A stretch of 64,000 nucleotides of DNA from Myxococcota bacterium (GTDB taxonomy: Bacteria > Myxococcota_A > UBA796 > GCA-2862545), in contig JBCCQY010000039.1 in NCBI GenBank assembly GCA_039208735.1, positions 1 through 64,000 on the forward strand. Direction: 5' to 3'. The notes beneath the pieces were generated by a model. It was given only the letters and a program-made list of their open reading frames with translations. It was not told the origin of the DNA and did no database searches. The position numbers and the translations under genes are program-made. This document shows, in pieces, positions 1 to 10,089 of the stretch; position 1 is the first letter of the stretch, and the number at the start of each line of letters is the position of its first letter.

Positions 1-12
1 AGCCTGGATCTT

Positions 13-621
13 TTAGCGGCCCCGCGCCCAACATCCCTCGATGTGGTCATCCACGAGCCCCATCGCCTGCATGAAGGCGTAGGCTGTGGTGGGACCCACA
101 AATGTCCATCCACGTCGCTTGAGGTCCTTTGAAAGGCGCGTGCTCGTGGGGGTCTTCGACATGGCCAAGAGCGAGGCTTTGTCGAAGACCGCGGGCCGCT
201 CCTCTTCGGGAGGGACAAACTGCCAGAAGTACGCGTCGAGTGAACCGAACTCCTCGACGACCCGCAGGGCGGCCTGAGCGTTGTGGAGGGTCGACTCGAT
301 CTTCTTTCGGTGCCTCACGATACCCGCGTTGCCCAACAACCGTTCGACGTCGCGCTCCCCCCAACCCGCGAGCACATCGAAGTCGAAATCAGCGAACGCC
401 TTACGGAAATTCTCTCGTTTGCGAAGAATCGTGAGCCAGGACAGCCCGCTCTGAAAACCTTCGAGGCAGATCTTCTCAAACAGCCGTCGGTCGTCGTGAA
501 CGGGCCGGCCCCATTCGTTGTCATGGTAGGCCATATAGTCGTCGGTCGCGGCCCCCCAAAAACAGCGTGCCTTGCCGTCCGGCCCGATGACGAGGCCGTT
601 TTCGGGGATGTCCTTGGCCAT
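13..621 (-). CDS. tag: DNA-3-methyladenine glycosylase I
   Basis: Motifs RCFW, YHDNEWG, FEKICLEGFQSGLSWLTILRKRENF, FVGPTTAYAFMQAMGLVDDH..C. ATG at 621 overlaps the upstream TGA (TGATG). Confidence 0.96.
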   Translation of the reverse strand: MAKDIPENGLVIGPDGKARCFWGAATDDYMAYHDNEWGRPVHDDRRLFEKICLEGFQSGLSWLTILRKRENFRKAFADFDFDVLAGWGERDVERLLGNAGIVRHRKKIESTLHNAQAALRVVEEFGSLDAYFWQFVPPEEERPAVFDKASLLAMSKTPTSTRLSKDLKRRGWTFVGPTTAYAFMQAMGLVDDHIEGCWARGR

Positions 622-1619
622 CAAAGAACCAGTCGAACGCCGACATGACCGCCAAAGCTCGAATTCGTGCCCGCGTTGAGGTGGCCGTAGAGCTTGACGG
701 GGAAGATGTTGATCTGCACGCCTGCGAAGGCCCGGACGGGAATGCCCTGGCCAACCGCATCCTCCGTGATGGTCACCCGAGCCTCGCCTAACGACACGGT
801 CTCACCGTCCTGGGTGTAGTCGACCTCGCCGGCAAGCTCGGCCGTGGTGTCTGCCGAACCTTCGTTGAGGTCCACCCCCACTCCGCCGTAGAGCGTGAGA
901 ATGAGCACTCGCACGTTGGTGGACAGCTCGAGGGGCACCGAGGTGGCTCCGGCTCGCAGCGTGTAGGTGCCGGTACCGCGCCAGTCGACGGCCCCTCCAC
1001 CGTCGATCGGTGTTTAAAGCTGAACTTCATCCGAAAGGCGCAGCGTGTACATGCCGCGCTCGAACCCCGCCGTCACGTCGAGTCCGCCGAACTCCACGGC
1101 CTTTGCGTCGAACGGTCCGATGAGCTTCACCTGACCATGCAACCCAACGTTGTAAAAGCTGGCCCGAAACACCTGGGGCGTGGGTGGGGTGTACGACATG
1201 GCGTTGCCGTAGAGCACGACCCGGTCCAGGAAATTGTCCTTGCTCGAAAACATCCCGAGGTTCACACCTGCCATCAACGACAACTGAGCCGCGTAGCCCC
1301 CGGGGGGCAGCACATCGTCGCCGCGCGTGAACCCAGGGTCGACACCCGCAACGGCCGTTCCCACCGACAGACCAAACACCAGTCGCTTGGGATTGCTCGC
1401 GTAGTCAACCCCCATGCCTTTCATCGAGGTCGCAGCCGCTTCCGCCATGAAGGCGAGGTAGCGCTCTGGCTCCAACAGCCGCAGTTGGTCTTCAATGGCC
1501 TGAGCCAGTTCGGCCTGGGCTTCATCGGCGTTCAGACCTGCCTTCGTGATCGCCTTACTGTCGAGGTCGATCGTCACCGTCTGGGCGAACGCCGCGCTCA
1601 CCAACCAAACACCCACCAT
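621..1619 (-). pseudogene. Exported beta-rich (Lsa36-like/outer-membrane) protein gene with one in-frame TAA at 1016-1014
   Basis: ORFs 1014..1688 and 621..938 are in the same frame and read DEVQL*TPIDGGGAVDWRGTGTYTLRAGATSVPLELSTN. GAGGTG SD, ATG 1619, signal peptide (AAFAQ), C-terminal GVRLVL strand. Confidence 0.7.
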
Positions 1620-1626
1620 GTGCACC

Positions 1627-3345
1627 TCAAGCAAGATCGACAGGAATTCCCCATCGCTCAGCGATCGCTTGGCGGATGGGCTCAGCAACGCGAATTCGGG
1701 CTCGCACGATGTGATCGGGCTTCGGCATCAGCGTGACCCCGATTTCGGGCCTAACGAGGGCAAGCGGATGGGGCTGGGCATTGTCCGCTAGCGCAAGCCA
1801 CTGGCCGCCGTCCGAGAGCAAAGGCGCGGTCTCCGCCACCCCCTCACCCGGTCCCACCACGGCGAGCGCCCAGCCCTCGGACTCGCGTTCAAAGCGAACG
1901 TGCAACCCCCACGGAGACTCCATGGCAAACAACCGGAGTTCCGGCAATGTGGCGACGATCGCAGGCCAGTGCGGCAGCACCGGAGGCTCGGGGTGGTTGG
2001 TCCACATCGGGTTGGCCGACGTCACCATGCGCAGGGTGGTCAAGGAGGCAGCCAACCCCGCTCGAGCCACCTGACCGAGCCATCGATTCAGGTTCCGAGG
2101 CGGAGGCAAGCTCCATCCCTGCACGCAGGCAAACGTGGGCGCAGCCTTGAGCAGACGCATCGCCTCAGGATTCGGCGGAGCCCCAAACGACAAGTCACGC
2201 AACGAGACCACCTCGCGCTCCGCCAACGCCTTGAGGAAGGGTCGTGTGGGCACCTCGGCGTAGGTGAGGTGAGGCGCGGCTTTGGAACGAAGAAACTGGA
2301 GGTACCACCGCTTGTTACCCGCCCCCTGGCGGAGCACCCGGAACGTGGCGAGGCGCTCATCGCGGGCCGCCGCTTCCCAGACCGCGGGCGCCGCCACATG
2401 ATTGGGTCGCAGCACCCCCTCCACCGGAAATCCGTCGCGAAACGTGATTTGCAAGGTGGTATCCAGATCTGTACCCACCCAACTCGATCGATGTTCCCGA
2501 AGCATGCGCCGTACGACGGGGTCATGGTCACCGTGGCCCTGGAGTTGCCGCGCCACGAAGGCCCCTTGGGGGTGCCCTTGATCGATCCAGGTGTCCGCCA
2601 GGACGGCACGAGCCTCGAGGTCGTCCGGATCTGACCAGACCTTCGCGAGGAGTGCATCGGCCTGGGGAGCCCCTTTGCGGCTTCGTCGGGTGGTGAGCCG
2701 CTGCACGACCTCGGCCACTTCAGGTTCGAGGGCACGAACCGGCACGCCTTCGAGCTGTCGCGCCACGCCAGGCAGCTCGGCAGACGACCACTGGCGCACC
2801 ACGGCCCGTTGGGCCCGGGGTGTCGTCACGAGCGACTGTAGGGCGGTCACCATCCGAGGGTCACCGGCTCGGATCAGCAGATCCGCCAAGGGTCGGTAGA
2901 CCTGTTCGACCGAGGTTAGGTCCCAGTAGCCAATCTCACCCCGTTCGATGACCGCGATGACGGCATCGGCGATCCGTGGGTCAGGACACCGCGAGGACAG
3001 TGCGTCGATGCGGCGAAACAACGCTGCAAACCGTTCGCGCATGTAGTTCGGGCGAAGCATCCCGTACCGATCCGTATGCAGCGGCAGCTTGGTCATCAGC
3101 GAGGCCGCGAGCCACCCCGTAGCGGTGGCCCCTTGGTCCTCTGCGGCATGGCGTTCCCACGCACGCTGGAAGTCAGCCTTCGATCGTGCCTTGGGGCCTG
3201 CAACCGCCTCCCGCACGCGCACGTCGAGCTCCCCGATCCACTCCGCCAAATGAAGATCTCGGGTCAACGCCCATAGTTCGAGCGCCTGCTCCAACGCCCG
3301 GATGTCGTTTCCGGACGCCACCGCATCAAGAAAGGGGTGCGCCAT
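1627..3345 (-). CDS. TIGR02996-type (repeat-companion) domain protein
   Basis: LLAKVWSDPDDLEARAVLADTWIDQGHPQGAFV motif, followed by a degenerate LRR-like region. Confidence 0.75.
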   Translation of the reverse strand: MAHPFLDAVASGNDIRALEQALELWALTRDLHLAEWIGELDVRVREAVAGPKARSKADFQRAWERHAAEDQGATATGWLAASLMTKLPLHTDRYGMLRPNYMRERFAALFRRIDALSSRCPDPRIADAVIAVIERGEIGYWDLTSVEQVYRPLADLLIRAGDPRMVTALQSLVTTPRAQRAVVRQWSSAELPGVARQLEGVPVRALEPEVAEVVQRLTTRRSRKGAPQADALLAKVWSDPDDLEARAVLADTWIDQGHPQGAFVARQLQGHGDHDPVVRRMLREHRSSWVGTDLDTTLQITFRDGFPVEGVLRPNHVAAPAVWEAAARDERLATFRVLRQGAGNKRWYLQFLRSKAAPHLTYAEVPTRPFLKALAEREVVSLRDLSFGAPPNPEAMRLLKAAPTFACVQGWSLPPPRNLNRWLGQVARAGLAASLTTLRMVTSANPMWTNHPEPPVLPHWPAIVATLPELRLFAMESPWGLHVRFERESEGWALAVVGPGEGVAETAPLLSDGGQWLALADNAQPHPLALVRPEIGVTLMPKPDHIVRARIRVAEPIRQAIAERWGIPVDLA

Positions 3346-3400
3346 GAGGCCATTATGGCGGGTGGTGCGGTCCCTCGCGAACCGCTACGCTGCCCCGACC

Positions 3401-6010
3401 ATGATCGACGAACTGGCTGCAGATCTCCGCCGAAGTCGCGCGGTGCACCTGCTGCTACCCCTCTTCTTCCTGTCTGGGGCCACCGCGTTGGCCTACCAAA
3501 CGCTCTGGGTCCGCGAGCTGCAGATCGAGTTGTTTGGAACCTCCACGTTCGCGGTGTCGACCGTACTCGCGGCATTTATGGGGGGCCTTGCCATCGGCGG
3601 ATTCGCGATGGCGGGGGTCGCCGACCGCATCACGCGCCCGTTGGCGGTCTATGGAGGGCTCGAAATCGGCATCGGTCTGTACGCCATGGGATTTCCCGTG
3701 CTCGTCGACCTCATCCAGCCGGTCTACCTCGAAGCGTGGCGCACGTGGCAGCCCGGCCCCGTGGCCTTCGGGCTCATCCAGTTTGCACTCGTCAGCGTCT
3801 GCCTCGTGCTGCCCACCGCCGCGATGGGAGCCACGTTGCCGCTGCTTGCGCGCTTCGCGACGGAGCGCTTGGGCGCGGCGGGGGGCAGGGTTGGCACCTT
3901 GTACGCGGTCAACACCCTAGGAGCCGTGGTGGGGACCGCGCTGTGCGGGTTCGTACTGCTGCCCGCGTGGGGCCGAGGGGCCACGACGGTGCTTGCGGCC
4001 TCTGCCAACGTCGCACTGGGACTGTCGGCCCTCGCCCTTTCAGGCTGGATTGGCGGGCACGAGGCGCGCGTCATCGATGACCGCCCTCCGGAGTCGGTCG
4101 ATGGCTGGCGAGCCCCGGTTACCGTCGCCATCGGCCTCGCCGGCGTTGCGGCACTTACCTATGAGGTGGCTTGGACTCGACTCCTCGGGTTGATGCTCGG
4201 TGCCTCGACCTACGCGTTCTCGGCCATGCTGCTTTCGTTTTTGGTGGGCATTGCCCTTGGGGGAGCGCTCGGAGGCCCCCTGGCGGACCGGGTTGCAGCC
4301 CGGCGAGGAGTAGGAGGCGTGGTCGTCGTCTTCGCGCTGGTGGAAGTGGCGATCGCCTGCGTGTCCTACGCGATGATGTACCTCTACCCTCAACTTCCCT
4401 TTGCCTACGTCTCGCTCTTTGATGCGCTGCGAGCGGAGGCCCTGCCCGGGCGGGTTTCCCAAGTATCGCTGATCGTGGCAGGCCTCGTGATGACGCCTCC
4501 CGCCATTCTGATGGGCGTGCATTTTCCGTTGGCGGTTCGCGCGGTCGTGCGAGGCGAGCAACTGGGAAAGCCGGTCGGGGTCATCTATGGGGTCAACACG
4601 CTCGGAGGCGTGTTTGGGGCCTTCGTCGCTGGGTTCGTGCTCCTGCCCACCTTGAACCTCAACGGCACGGTCTACATAGCGGGGCTCGTCGAGCTGTTCG
4701 CCGCTGGCGTCTTGCTCGTTGCGGCCGTTCGCAACCCCGCGACGCGCGCCGTGGCTATGCCCATCCTGGCTGGGGGAGGCGTCGCGGCTGGACTCCTCGG
4801 CGCACTCGCCCAACGTCCCCCTTGGGACCCGTTGCTGATGACCGCGGGCATGCCCATGTACGTGGCGCACTTTGACGACCATAGCCGCGAAGGCATCGAA
4901 CGCTTCGCCACCAACCACCAAGAGTTGGTCTACTACGCAGAAGGCCTGTCGACGGTGATTACGGTCGCCCGAAACACCACCAACGACAACCTCTGGCTCG
5001 CCAACAATGGCAAGGTCGAAGCGTCTAGCCAAGGCGACCTTTCGACGCAGCTTCTCTGTACGTTACTGCCCGCCCAATACGTGGATTCGCCCGACGAAGT
5101 GCTGGTGATCGGTTTGGCGAGCGGCATCACCGCCGGCGCGACCACCTTGCTCGACGGCGCCCAAACGATCGAAATCGTCGAGCTGGAACCTCGCATGGAA
5201 GAGGCCGCCCGGCTCTTCGGCCCCTTCAACCACCACGTGCTGGACGACGCGCGCGTTCGATTGGTGTTCAACGATGGACGAAACCACGTGCTGCTCGCCG
5301 AGCGTGGGCGCTATGACCTCGTGGTCAGCGAACCGTCGAACCCGTGGCTCACCGGGGTTGCCAACCTCTTCACGAAGGACTTCCTCGAAGTGGGACGAAC
5401 GCGGCTCACTTCCGGCGGCGTATGGGCGCAGTGGCTCCAGATGTACCACATGTCACCCGACGACCTGCGGACATTGCTCGCCACCGTGGCATCGGTGTTT
5501 CCTCACGTGAACGTCTACGCCATTGAGTACGACGATCTCGTACTTGTGGCCTCGGAGCATCCCCTCCCGCGCACCTTTGCTCACGCCGAACACGTATTCT
5601 CCCAACCAAAGGCCAGGGCAGAACTTGCTAAAATCGACATCCACGGCCCGGCCGATTTGTTGGCGCTGTTCCAATTCGATGAGACCGTGATTCGCCGCAT
5701 TGGCGATGGGGTACCCCTCAACACCGACGACAACATGGCGATCGAGTACTCGGCCCCCCAACACCTCCATCGCCCGACCTCGGATCTCAACGAAGCCCTG
5801 TTCAAGGCTCATGCTCAGGTGCCTCTGTCCTTTGTGGCGAGTCCGGAAGACTTGGTGGCCCTGGCGAAAGCGTACCGAGCCCGTGGGGACGACCGGGCCA
5901 TCAAGGCCATGGAGGCCGCAATCGAGGCTGCGCCCAATGAGGAGACGGCGATCGCCTGGGCGGTAATGGCTGAGTCCTGGGAATTCGTTCCCGTCGAAAC
6001 GACGCGATAG
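3401..6010 (+). CDS. Membrane-fused (MFS-like) spermidine synthase family protein
   Basis: Many TM segments (FFLSGATALAYQTLW, LYAVNTLGAVVG), then aminopropyltransferase motifs VLVIGLASG, IVELEP, DGRN, YDLVVSEPSNPW, NTDDN. Start approximate. Confidence 0.9.
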   Translation: MIDELAADLRRSRAVHLLLPLFFLSGATALAYQTLWVRELQIELFGTSTFAVSTVLAAFMGGLAIGGFAMAGVADRITRPLAVYGGLEIGIGLYAMGFPVLVDLIQPVYLEAWRTWQPGPVAFGLIQFALVSVCLVLPTAAMGATLPLLARFATERLGAAGGRVGTLYAVNTLGAVVGTALCGFVLLPAWGRGATTVLAASANVALGLSALALSGWIGGHEARVIDDRPPESVDGWRAPVTVAIGLAGVAALTYEVAWTRLLGLMLGASTYAFSAMLLSFLVGIALGGALGGPLADRVAARRGVGGVVVVFALVEVAIACVSYAMMYLYPQLPFAYVSLFDALRAEALPGRVSQVSLIVAGLVMTPPAILMGVHFPLAVRAVVRGEQLGKPVGVIYGVNTLGGVFGAFVAGFVLLPTLNLNGTVYIAGLVELFAAGVLLVAAVRNPATRAVAMPILAGGGVAAGLLGALAQRPPWDPLLMTAGMPMYVAHFDDHSREGIERFATNHQELVYYAEGLSTVITVARNTTNDNLWLANNGKVEASSQGDLSTQLLCTLLPAQYVDSPDEVLVIGLASGITAGATTLLDGAQTIEIVELEPRMEEAARLFGPFNHHVLDDARVRLVFNDGRNHVLLAERGRYDLVVSEPSNPWLTGVANLFTKDFLEVGRTRLTSGGVWAQWLQMYHMSPDDLRTLLATVASVFPHVNVYAIEYDDLVLVASEHPLPRTFAHAEHVFSQPKARAELAKIDIHGPADLLALFQFDETVIRRIGDGVPLNTDDNMAIEYSAPQHLHRPTSDLNEALFKAHAQVPLSFVASPEDLVALAKAYRARGDDRAIKAMEAAIEAAPNEETAIAWAVMAESWEFVPVETTR

Positions 6011-6034
6011 GGCTTCGAAGAAAATGGAGAGCCG

Positions 6035-6931
6035 ATGCGGGTGTGGTGGATCGTTGTCGTCGCGGGGGCTTGCGGACGAAAGGACGACGTTGAAACCCCA
6101 GTGATCGACACTCAGCCGGTGGGCAGCCCGCCACTCCCCGACCCCACCAATCCAGACCCCGGAAGCCGCGGCGAAGCCTGCTACCTCGGCGAATTCGAAG
6201 ATGGTCAAACGTGTTTTGTGACGCGTGAGTTGGTGCCTACGCCCTCGAGCTACCGCTACCCGCCCCCCTTCAACGGCAACCCGCAGTACATGGCTCCAAC
6301 GCGCCATCTTGACCTTGATCGCCTCGACCCACAAACCCTGGTGGCGCCCAACTTCGCGCTCGGAGAGGTCGCGCGCGTCGCCAACGGTCGGTACGCGGTG
6401 ATGCAGACCCATGCGATTGAACGACTCCAGGCGGTGCGAGACGACGTCGGGGTCCTGGTCGTCAATTCGGGCTACCGAAGCCCAGGCTACAACGCGACGA
6501 TTCCCAATTCCGCCACGAGTTCCCGTCACATCTACGGCGATGGGTTCGACCTCGATCCGCGCGAGGCCTCCCTGCAAGACCTCGCCGACGCATGCAACGC
6601 GGAGGGTGCGGGGTTTGTGGAGGTCTATGTGAGCCACGTGCATTGTGACTGGCGTGATTCTCCCTTAGACCTTGCTTTCTACGATTCGTTTCGGTCGACG
6701 CCAACCCTTGTGACCCCTTTCCGATCCGCTACGATCGAAGAGTCGGACGGTGGGCTGGTCGCTCCCGCTAAAGGATTCTCGGAAGGGGAACCCCTCCGCG
6801 AGTGGGTTGCGTTCGACGAAGCGGGAGCGGTGCTCGACGAGGCGACGGGTCCTCGATTCGTTCCTCCAGAGGGGACCGTCCGCGTCGAAGTTTCGGTCGG
6901 TCGGGTCGTCCACATCACGCTCGATCGCTAA
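6035..6931 (+). CDS. Peptidase M15A (D-Ala-D-Ala carboxypeptidase-like) lipoprotein
   Basis: Lipobox AGAC; zinc motifs NSGYRSPGYN, SRHIYGDGFD and HVHCDWR. Confidence 0.85.
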   Translation: MRVWWIVVVAGACGRKDDVETPVIDTQPVGSPPLPDPTNPDPGSRGEACYLGEFEDGQTCFVTRELVPTPSSYRYPPPFNGNPQYMAPTRHLDLDRLDPQTLVAPNFALGEVARVANGRYAVMQTHAIERLQAVRDDVGVLVVNSGYRSPGYNATIPNSATSSRHIYGDGFDLDPREASLQDLADACNAEGAGFVEVYVSHVHCDWRDSPLDLAFYDSFRSTPTLVTPFRSATIEESDGGLVAPAKGFSEGEPLREWVAFDEAGAVLDEATGPRFVPPEGTVRVEVSVGRVVHITLDR

Positions 6932-6995
6932 CGCTCCGTTCGAAAATGCTACCCTCCCTGGAACTGGCGCGTTTGCCAGCTCTGGAGAGACCACC

Positions 6996-8765
6996 ATGAA
7001 TGCACGCTGGATGACCCTCCCGCTGGCCCTTGGTGCACTGGGATGCACGGGCGACCCTGAGTTGACCGAGCCCGTCGCCGACTGTGGAGCTGAGGCTCTA
7101 CAGACCTGCGTGGCCGAATACGGCGCCGCGATCGCGAGCTGCTACACCGATGCCGGAGGGCCGTGTGCTGCAGACGACGCAGGGACCACCGCGGCCCTCG
7201 ACACGTTGTCAGCGAGCCTCGATGCGTGCACGGTTGGTGCCCTCGACGAAGCAGCGACGGACGCTCGCCTGCGCAATGCCTGCGCCTCTGAATCGGAATC
7301 ACTGGCCTGGCGAACGTATGGAGGACCCCAAGGCGCGGCATGGGCCGAGGCCGACGATGGCCAACGGTCGTGCCTATCCGGTGCGCACGCGGCAGCCACC
7401 GCGTTCGTCGCGGACTCCCTCACCGCCATCACGGACTGTGATGCGTCAGGCGATTGCGAAGCGACTTCACTCGACAACGACCGGTCCCCCCTTCGCGACA
7501 CGGCGCGTGACGCCGTCAACGCGGCCTGCGGCCTGCTGCCCAACCTCATCGCCCTCGACGTGCCGACCTACCTTGAACGTGCGGATCAACAGATCGACTG
7601 TCTGGCCGCCACCGTCCATGACGATGACGGTCTGGGCCTGCAATGTGGCCCCACATTCGCCCAATTCGAAGCTCCCCGCGGAGAGTGGACCCAGGTCGTC
7701 GTGGATTCCGAGATTTGGGGAACCCAATGCGCAGATGGGACCGACTACGCGTTTCAGATCCGATGGGCCCCCGAAGGAGAGCCCCTTGACCGGGTCTTGA
7801 TCGGACTGCAGGGCGGCGGCGTGTGCCTGTTCGAAGAGGACTGCGCGGAGCGGCTCATTTCGAATCCGGGGCTGTTCAATGCACTCGACGATGAGCCAAT
7901 CGAAAGCGGTATTGTGTCGAACGATCCCAATGAAAGCGCCTTCGCGAACTGGACGAAGGTGTACCTGCCCTACTGCAACCAGGACGTCTTCACGGGCGGC
8001 GGCGTCGACGAGGTGCTTGGCGGTACGACGGTGCCTCGCTTTGGTGCCGTCAATCTACGGGCGGCGATGCAAATGGTGCGGGACGCCCTGTGGGCCGAAC
8101 TCGACGCCGAGGGAGGAGCCGGCTTCCGCCCCGACGAAGTGGTGGCGCTTTTCGGGGGCTTTTCCGCAGGCGGCTACGGCACGCTCTACAACTACCACTG
8201 GATGATCGACGACCTCCAGTGGCCCCGCACCGCGGCGTACCCGGATGCAGGCTTGGCCCTCGACAACGGATCGGTGTTTGGCGTGCGCGGCATTGGCCTG
8301 CTCAAAGTTCCGGATTGGGGAACCACCCCCTACCTTCCGCCCTATTGCTTTGAAGGGGATTGTGCGGTGGGCGAGGTGATCTTCAACGCACTTTCTCCTC
8401 GGCTCGAAACCGTTCCTGAACAACGCATGCTCGTGCTGACGAACCCCTACGACCTCATCCAGCAAGGGGACGCCTTCTTCGGCGAAGACACCGCGGCCTT
8501 CATGAACGAGCTGCGGGCCTCCTACTGCCGCACCAAGGATCTGCCAGGCATCGACTACTACATCACCAGCGTGTCCGACAAGAGTACGCATGTGGTGAGC
8601 CTACGGCCCGAATTGTGGTCGGGCGAGGTGGATGGCGAAACCATGCGAGACTGGTTCGAACGGGCCATCGAAATGCCCGAGACCCTCGAAGACCGGGCCG
8701 AAGAAGCCGACTTCGTGAAGCTGTTCGAAGGGGTCAAGCCCTACCCCTGTGAGGTCGCGCCTTAA
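6996..8765 (+). CDS. Pectinacetylesterase/Notum-family hydrolase, lipoprotein
   Basis: Lipobox ALGC; motifs CADGT, LQGGGVC, VYLPYCNQDVF, GGFSAGGYG (nucleophile elbow), DAG. GGAG SD before ATG 6996. Confidence 0.8.
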   Translation: MNARWMTLPLALGALGCTGDPELTEPVADCGAEALQTCVAEYGAAIASCYTDAGGPCAADDAGTTAALDTLSASLDACTVGALDEAATDARLRNACASESESLAWRTYGGPQGAAWAEADDGQRSCLSGAHAAATAFVADSLTAITDCDASGDCEATSLDNDRSPLRDTARDAVNAACGLLPNLIALDVPTYLERADQQIDCLAATVHDDDGLGLQCGPTFAQFEAPRGEWTQVVVDSEIWGTQCADGTDYAFQIRWAPEGEPLDRVLIGLQGGGVCLFEEDCAERLISNPGLFNALDDEPIESGIVSNDPNESAFANWTKVYLPYCNQDVFTGGGVDEVLGGTTVPRFGAVNLRAAMQMVRDALWAELDAEGGAGFRPDEVVALFGGFSAGGYGTLYNYHWMIDDLQWPRTAAYPDAGLALDNGSVFGVRGIGLLKVPDWGTTPYLPPYCFEGDCAVGEVIFNALSPRLETVPEQRMLVLTNPYDLIQQGDAFFGEDTAAFMNELRASYCRTKDLPGIDYYITSVSDKSTHVVSLRPELWSGEVDGETMRDWFERAIEMPETLEDRAEEADFVKLFEGVKPYPCEVAP

Positions 8766-9325
8766 GCGGGCCGACGCCCCACATAGTGCACCTCGTGGCG
8801 GTTCTGGGTGGTCCACCCTTCCCAATGGTGGAGGGTGGTCAAACCCGGCAGGCCCTCGTCGAGTTCTCCGTCGCGGAGGAGCCAGACCTCACTAGGCTTT
8901 TCGTGACGTTCGAGGTTGCGCATCGTCGGATGGATGAGCACGAGCAACCCACCCGGCGCGAGCCGACTCACGATTCCGCCGATCTTCCCGCGCACGAGGA
9001 AGAAACTCACAACAACCACGTGCCACGGTCCCGGAGGCAACGCGGTATCGAGGTCGATTTCGACCGTATCGAGCGACAAGCCCTCGGCCTCCGCACGTTC
9101 GGTGGCCTTGGCCAAGGCCGTCGCACTGATGTCGGCGAGGGTCACTTCGTACCCTCGTCGCGCGAACCAGCGGGCGTGCCGTCCCGTACCGCCCGCAAGA
9201 TCGAGGACCAGCCCCGATGCCGGCAACAGCGGCGCCACCTCCGCGAGAAACGGATGGGGCTCGGCCTCGTACCCGCGACCCTGCTGGTAGCGCGTTTCCC
9301 ACTTGGTTCGATCGAAATCCGACAC
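8762..9325 (-). CDS. Class I SAM-dependent methyltransferase (TehB-like)
   Basis: KWETRY, VLDLAGGTGRHA, ADIS motifs. Confidence 0.88.
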   Translation of the reverse strand: MSDFDRTKWETRYQQGRGYEAEPHPFLAEVAPLLPASGLVLDLAGGTGRHARWFARRGYEVTLADISATALAKATERAEAEGLSLDTVEIDLDTALPPGPWHVVVVSFFLVRGKIGGIVSRLAPGGLLVLIHPTMRNLERHEKPSEVWLLRDGELDEGLPGLTTLHHWEGWTTQNRHEVHYVGRRPA

Positions 9326-9334
9326 GCCGCGTCC

Positions 9335-9838
9335 TTATTCCTCGCCGAGGGGCCCCAGATCGTCCGAATCCCACTTCGATTCATAGCTCACGTCAATCGT
9401 GCAGGGGAACTCGGTCTCGAGCTTGTTCTTGGCCACCACGCAGCCCGTGCCCTCACAGTCGCCCTCAGCAACCTGGCGCAGGGTCGCGCGGCGCGTTTCG
9501 AAGTCGCCGACCAGGGTGAGCCGGAACCGAAGCGACGTGGGCCCCAACGGGATGTCGAAGCGTTCGATGTCGCACGTCATCTCACCGAGCAGCAAGTCGC
9601 AGTCGTACTCCACCGGGTCATCCGAACCGTCCATGGGCACAAGGGTGAAGCTGCCATCGAGGTCGCGCTCTAGGTTGAAGCCGGTGAGGGTGGGAATTCC
9701 GGCTTCTTCGGGGGTGATCACACAGCTATTGGTATCGACGACCGCAGCCTCGGAAACCCACGCTCCATCACGGGGAAGGTCGCTGCCGCCACAGGCCACC
9801 AGGGCAAGGGCACTCACGATGAAAGGGGCTCGCGTCAT
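9335..9838 (-). CDS. Hypothetical lipoprotein
   Basis: Lipobox LVAC; acidic, Cys-containing; 9 bp upstream of the methyltransferase. Confidence 0.7.
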   Translation of the reverse strand: MTRAPFIVSALALVACGGSDLPRDGAWVSEAAVVDTNSCVITPEEAGIPTLTGFNLERDLDGSFTLVPMDGSDDPVEYDCDLLLGEMTCDIERFDIPLGPTSLRFRLTLVGDFETRRATLRQVAEGDCEGTGCVVAKNKLETEFPCTIDVSYESKWDSDDLGPLGEE

Positions 9839-10089
9839 GGGGCTCTCCGAATCTCTCAGTTGGCATCAGGCACCCTGGGGTACCACCCGCCGAGTAGACC
9901 ACATGAGATCACCGCGTTGTCGTCAAGGTCGTCTCATAAACCGGGTAGGTCCGCCAGACGCGCCGCCCTGCGGGCTCGAGCGTCGTCTGCATGGGGATGT
10001 TGCGCTCATCCAGGATCGTCGCGGCAAAGGCGCCTCAAGGACTTGCCACGACGGTCGATTCGACCTCCGTCTTCCCAGGAGATCGCATC

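Noticed and set aside
1014..1016. Stop-codon recoding (Sec/Pyl or alternative genetic code)
   Set aside because: The codon is TAA, which terminates other genes here (for example at 8765 and 12437).
9715..9720. Other TGATCA hexamers inside genes (for example near 9715, 13886 and 17550)
   Set aside because: No adjacent module sequence. These are empty sites, not repeat copies.
10014..10056. Stem GATCGTCGCGGCAA/TTGCCACGACGGTC upstream of the sulfotransferase
   Set aside because: A single imperfect hairpin with no U-tract or recognisable RNA motif; it could be chance at this GC content.
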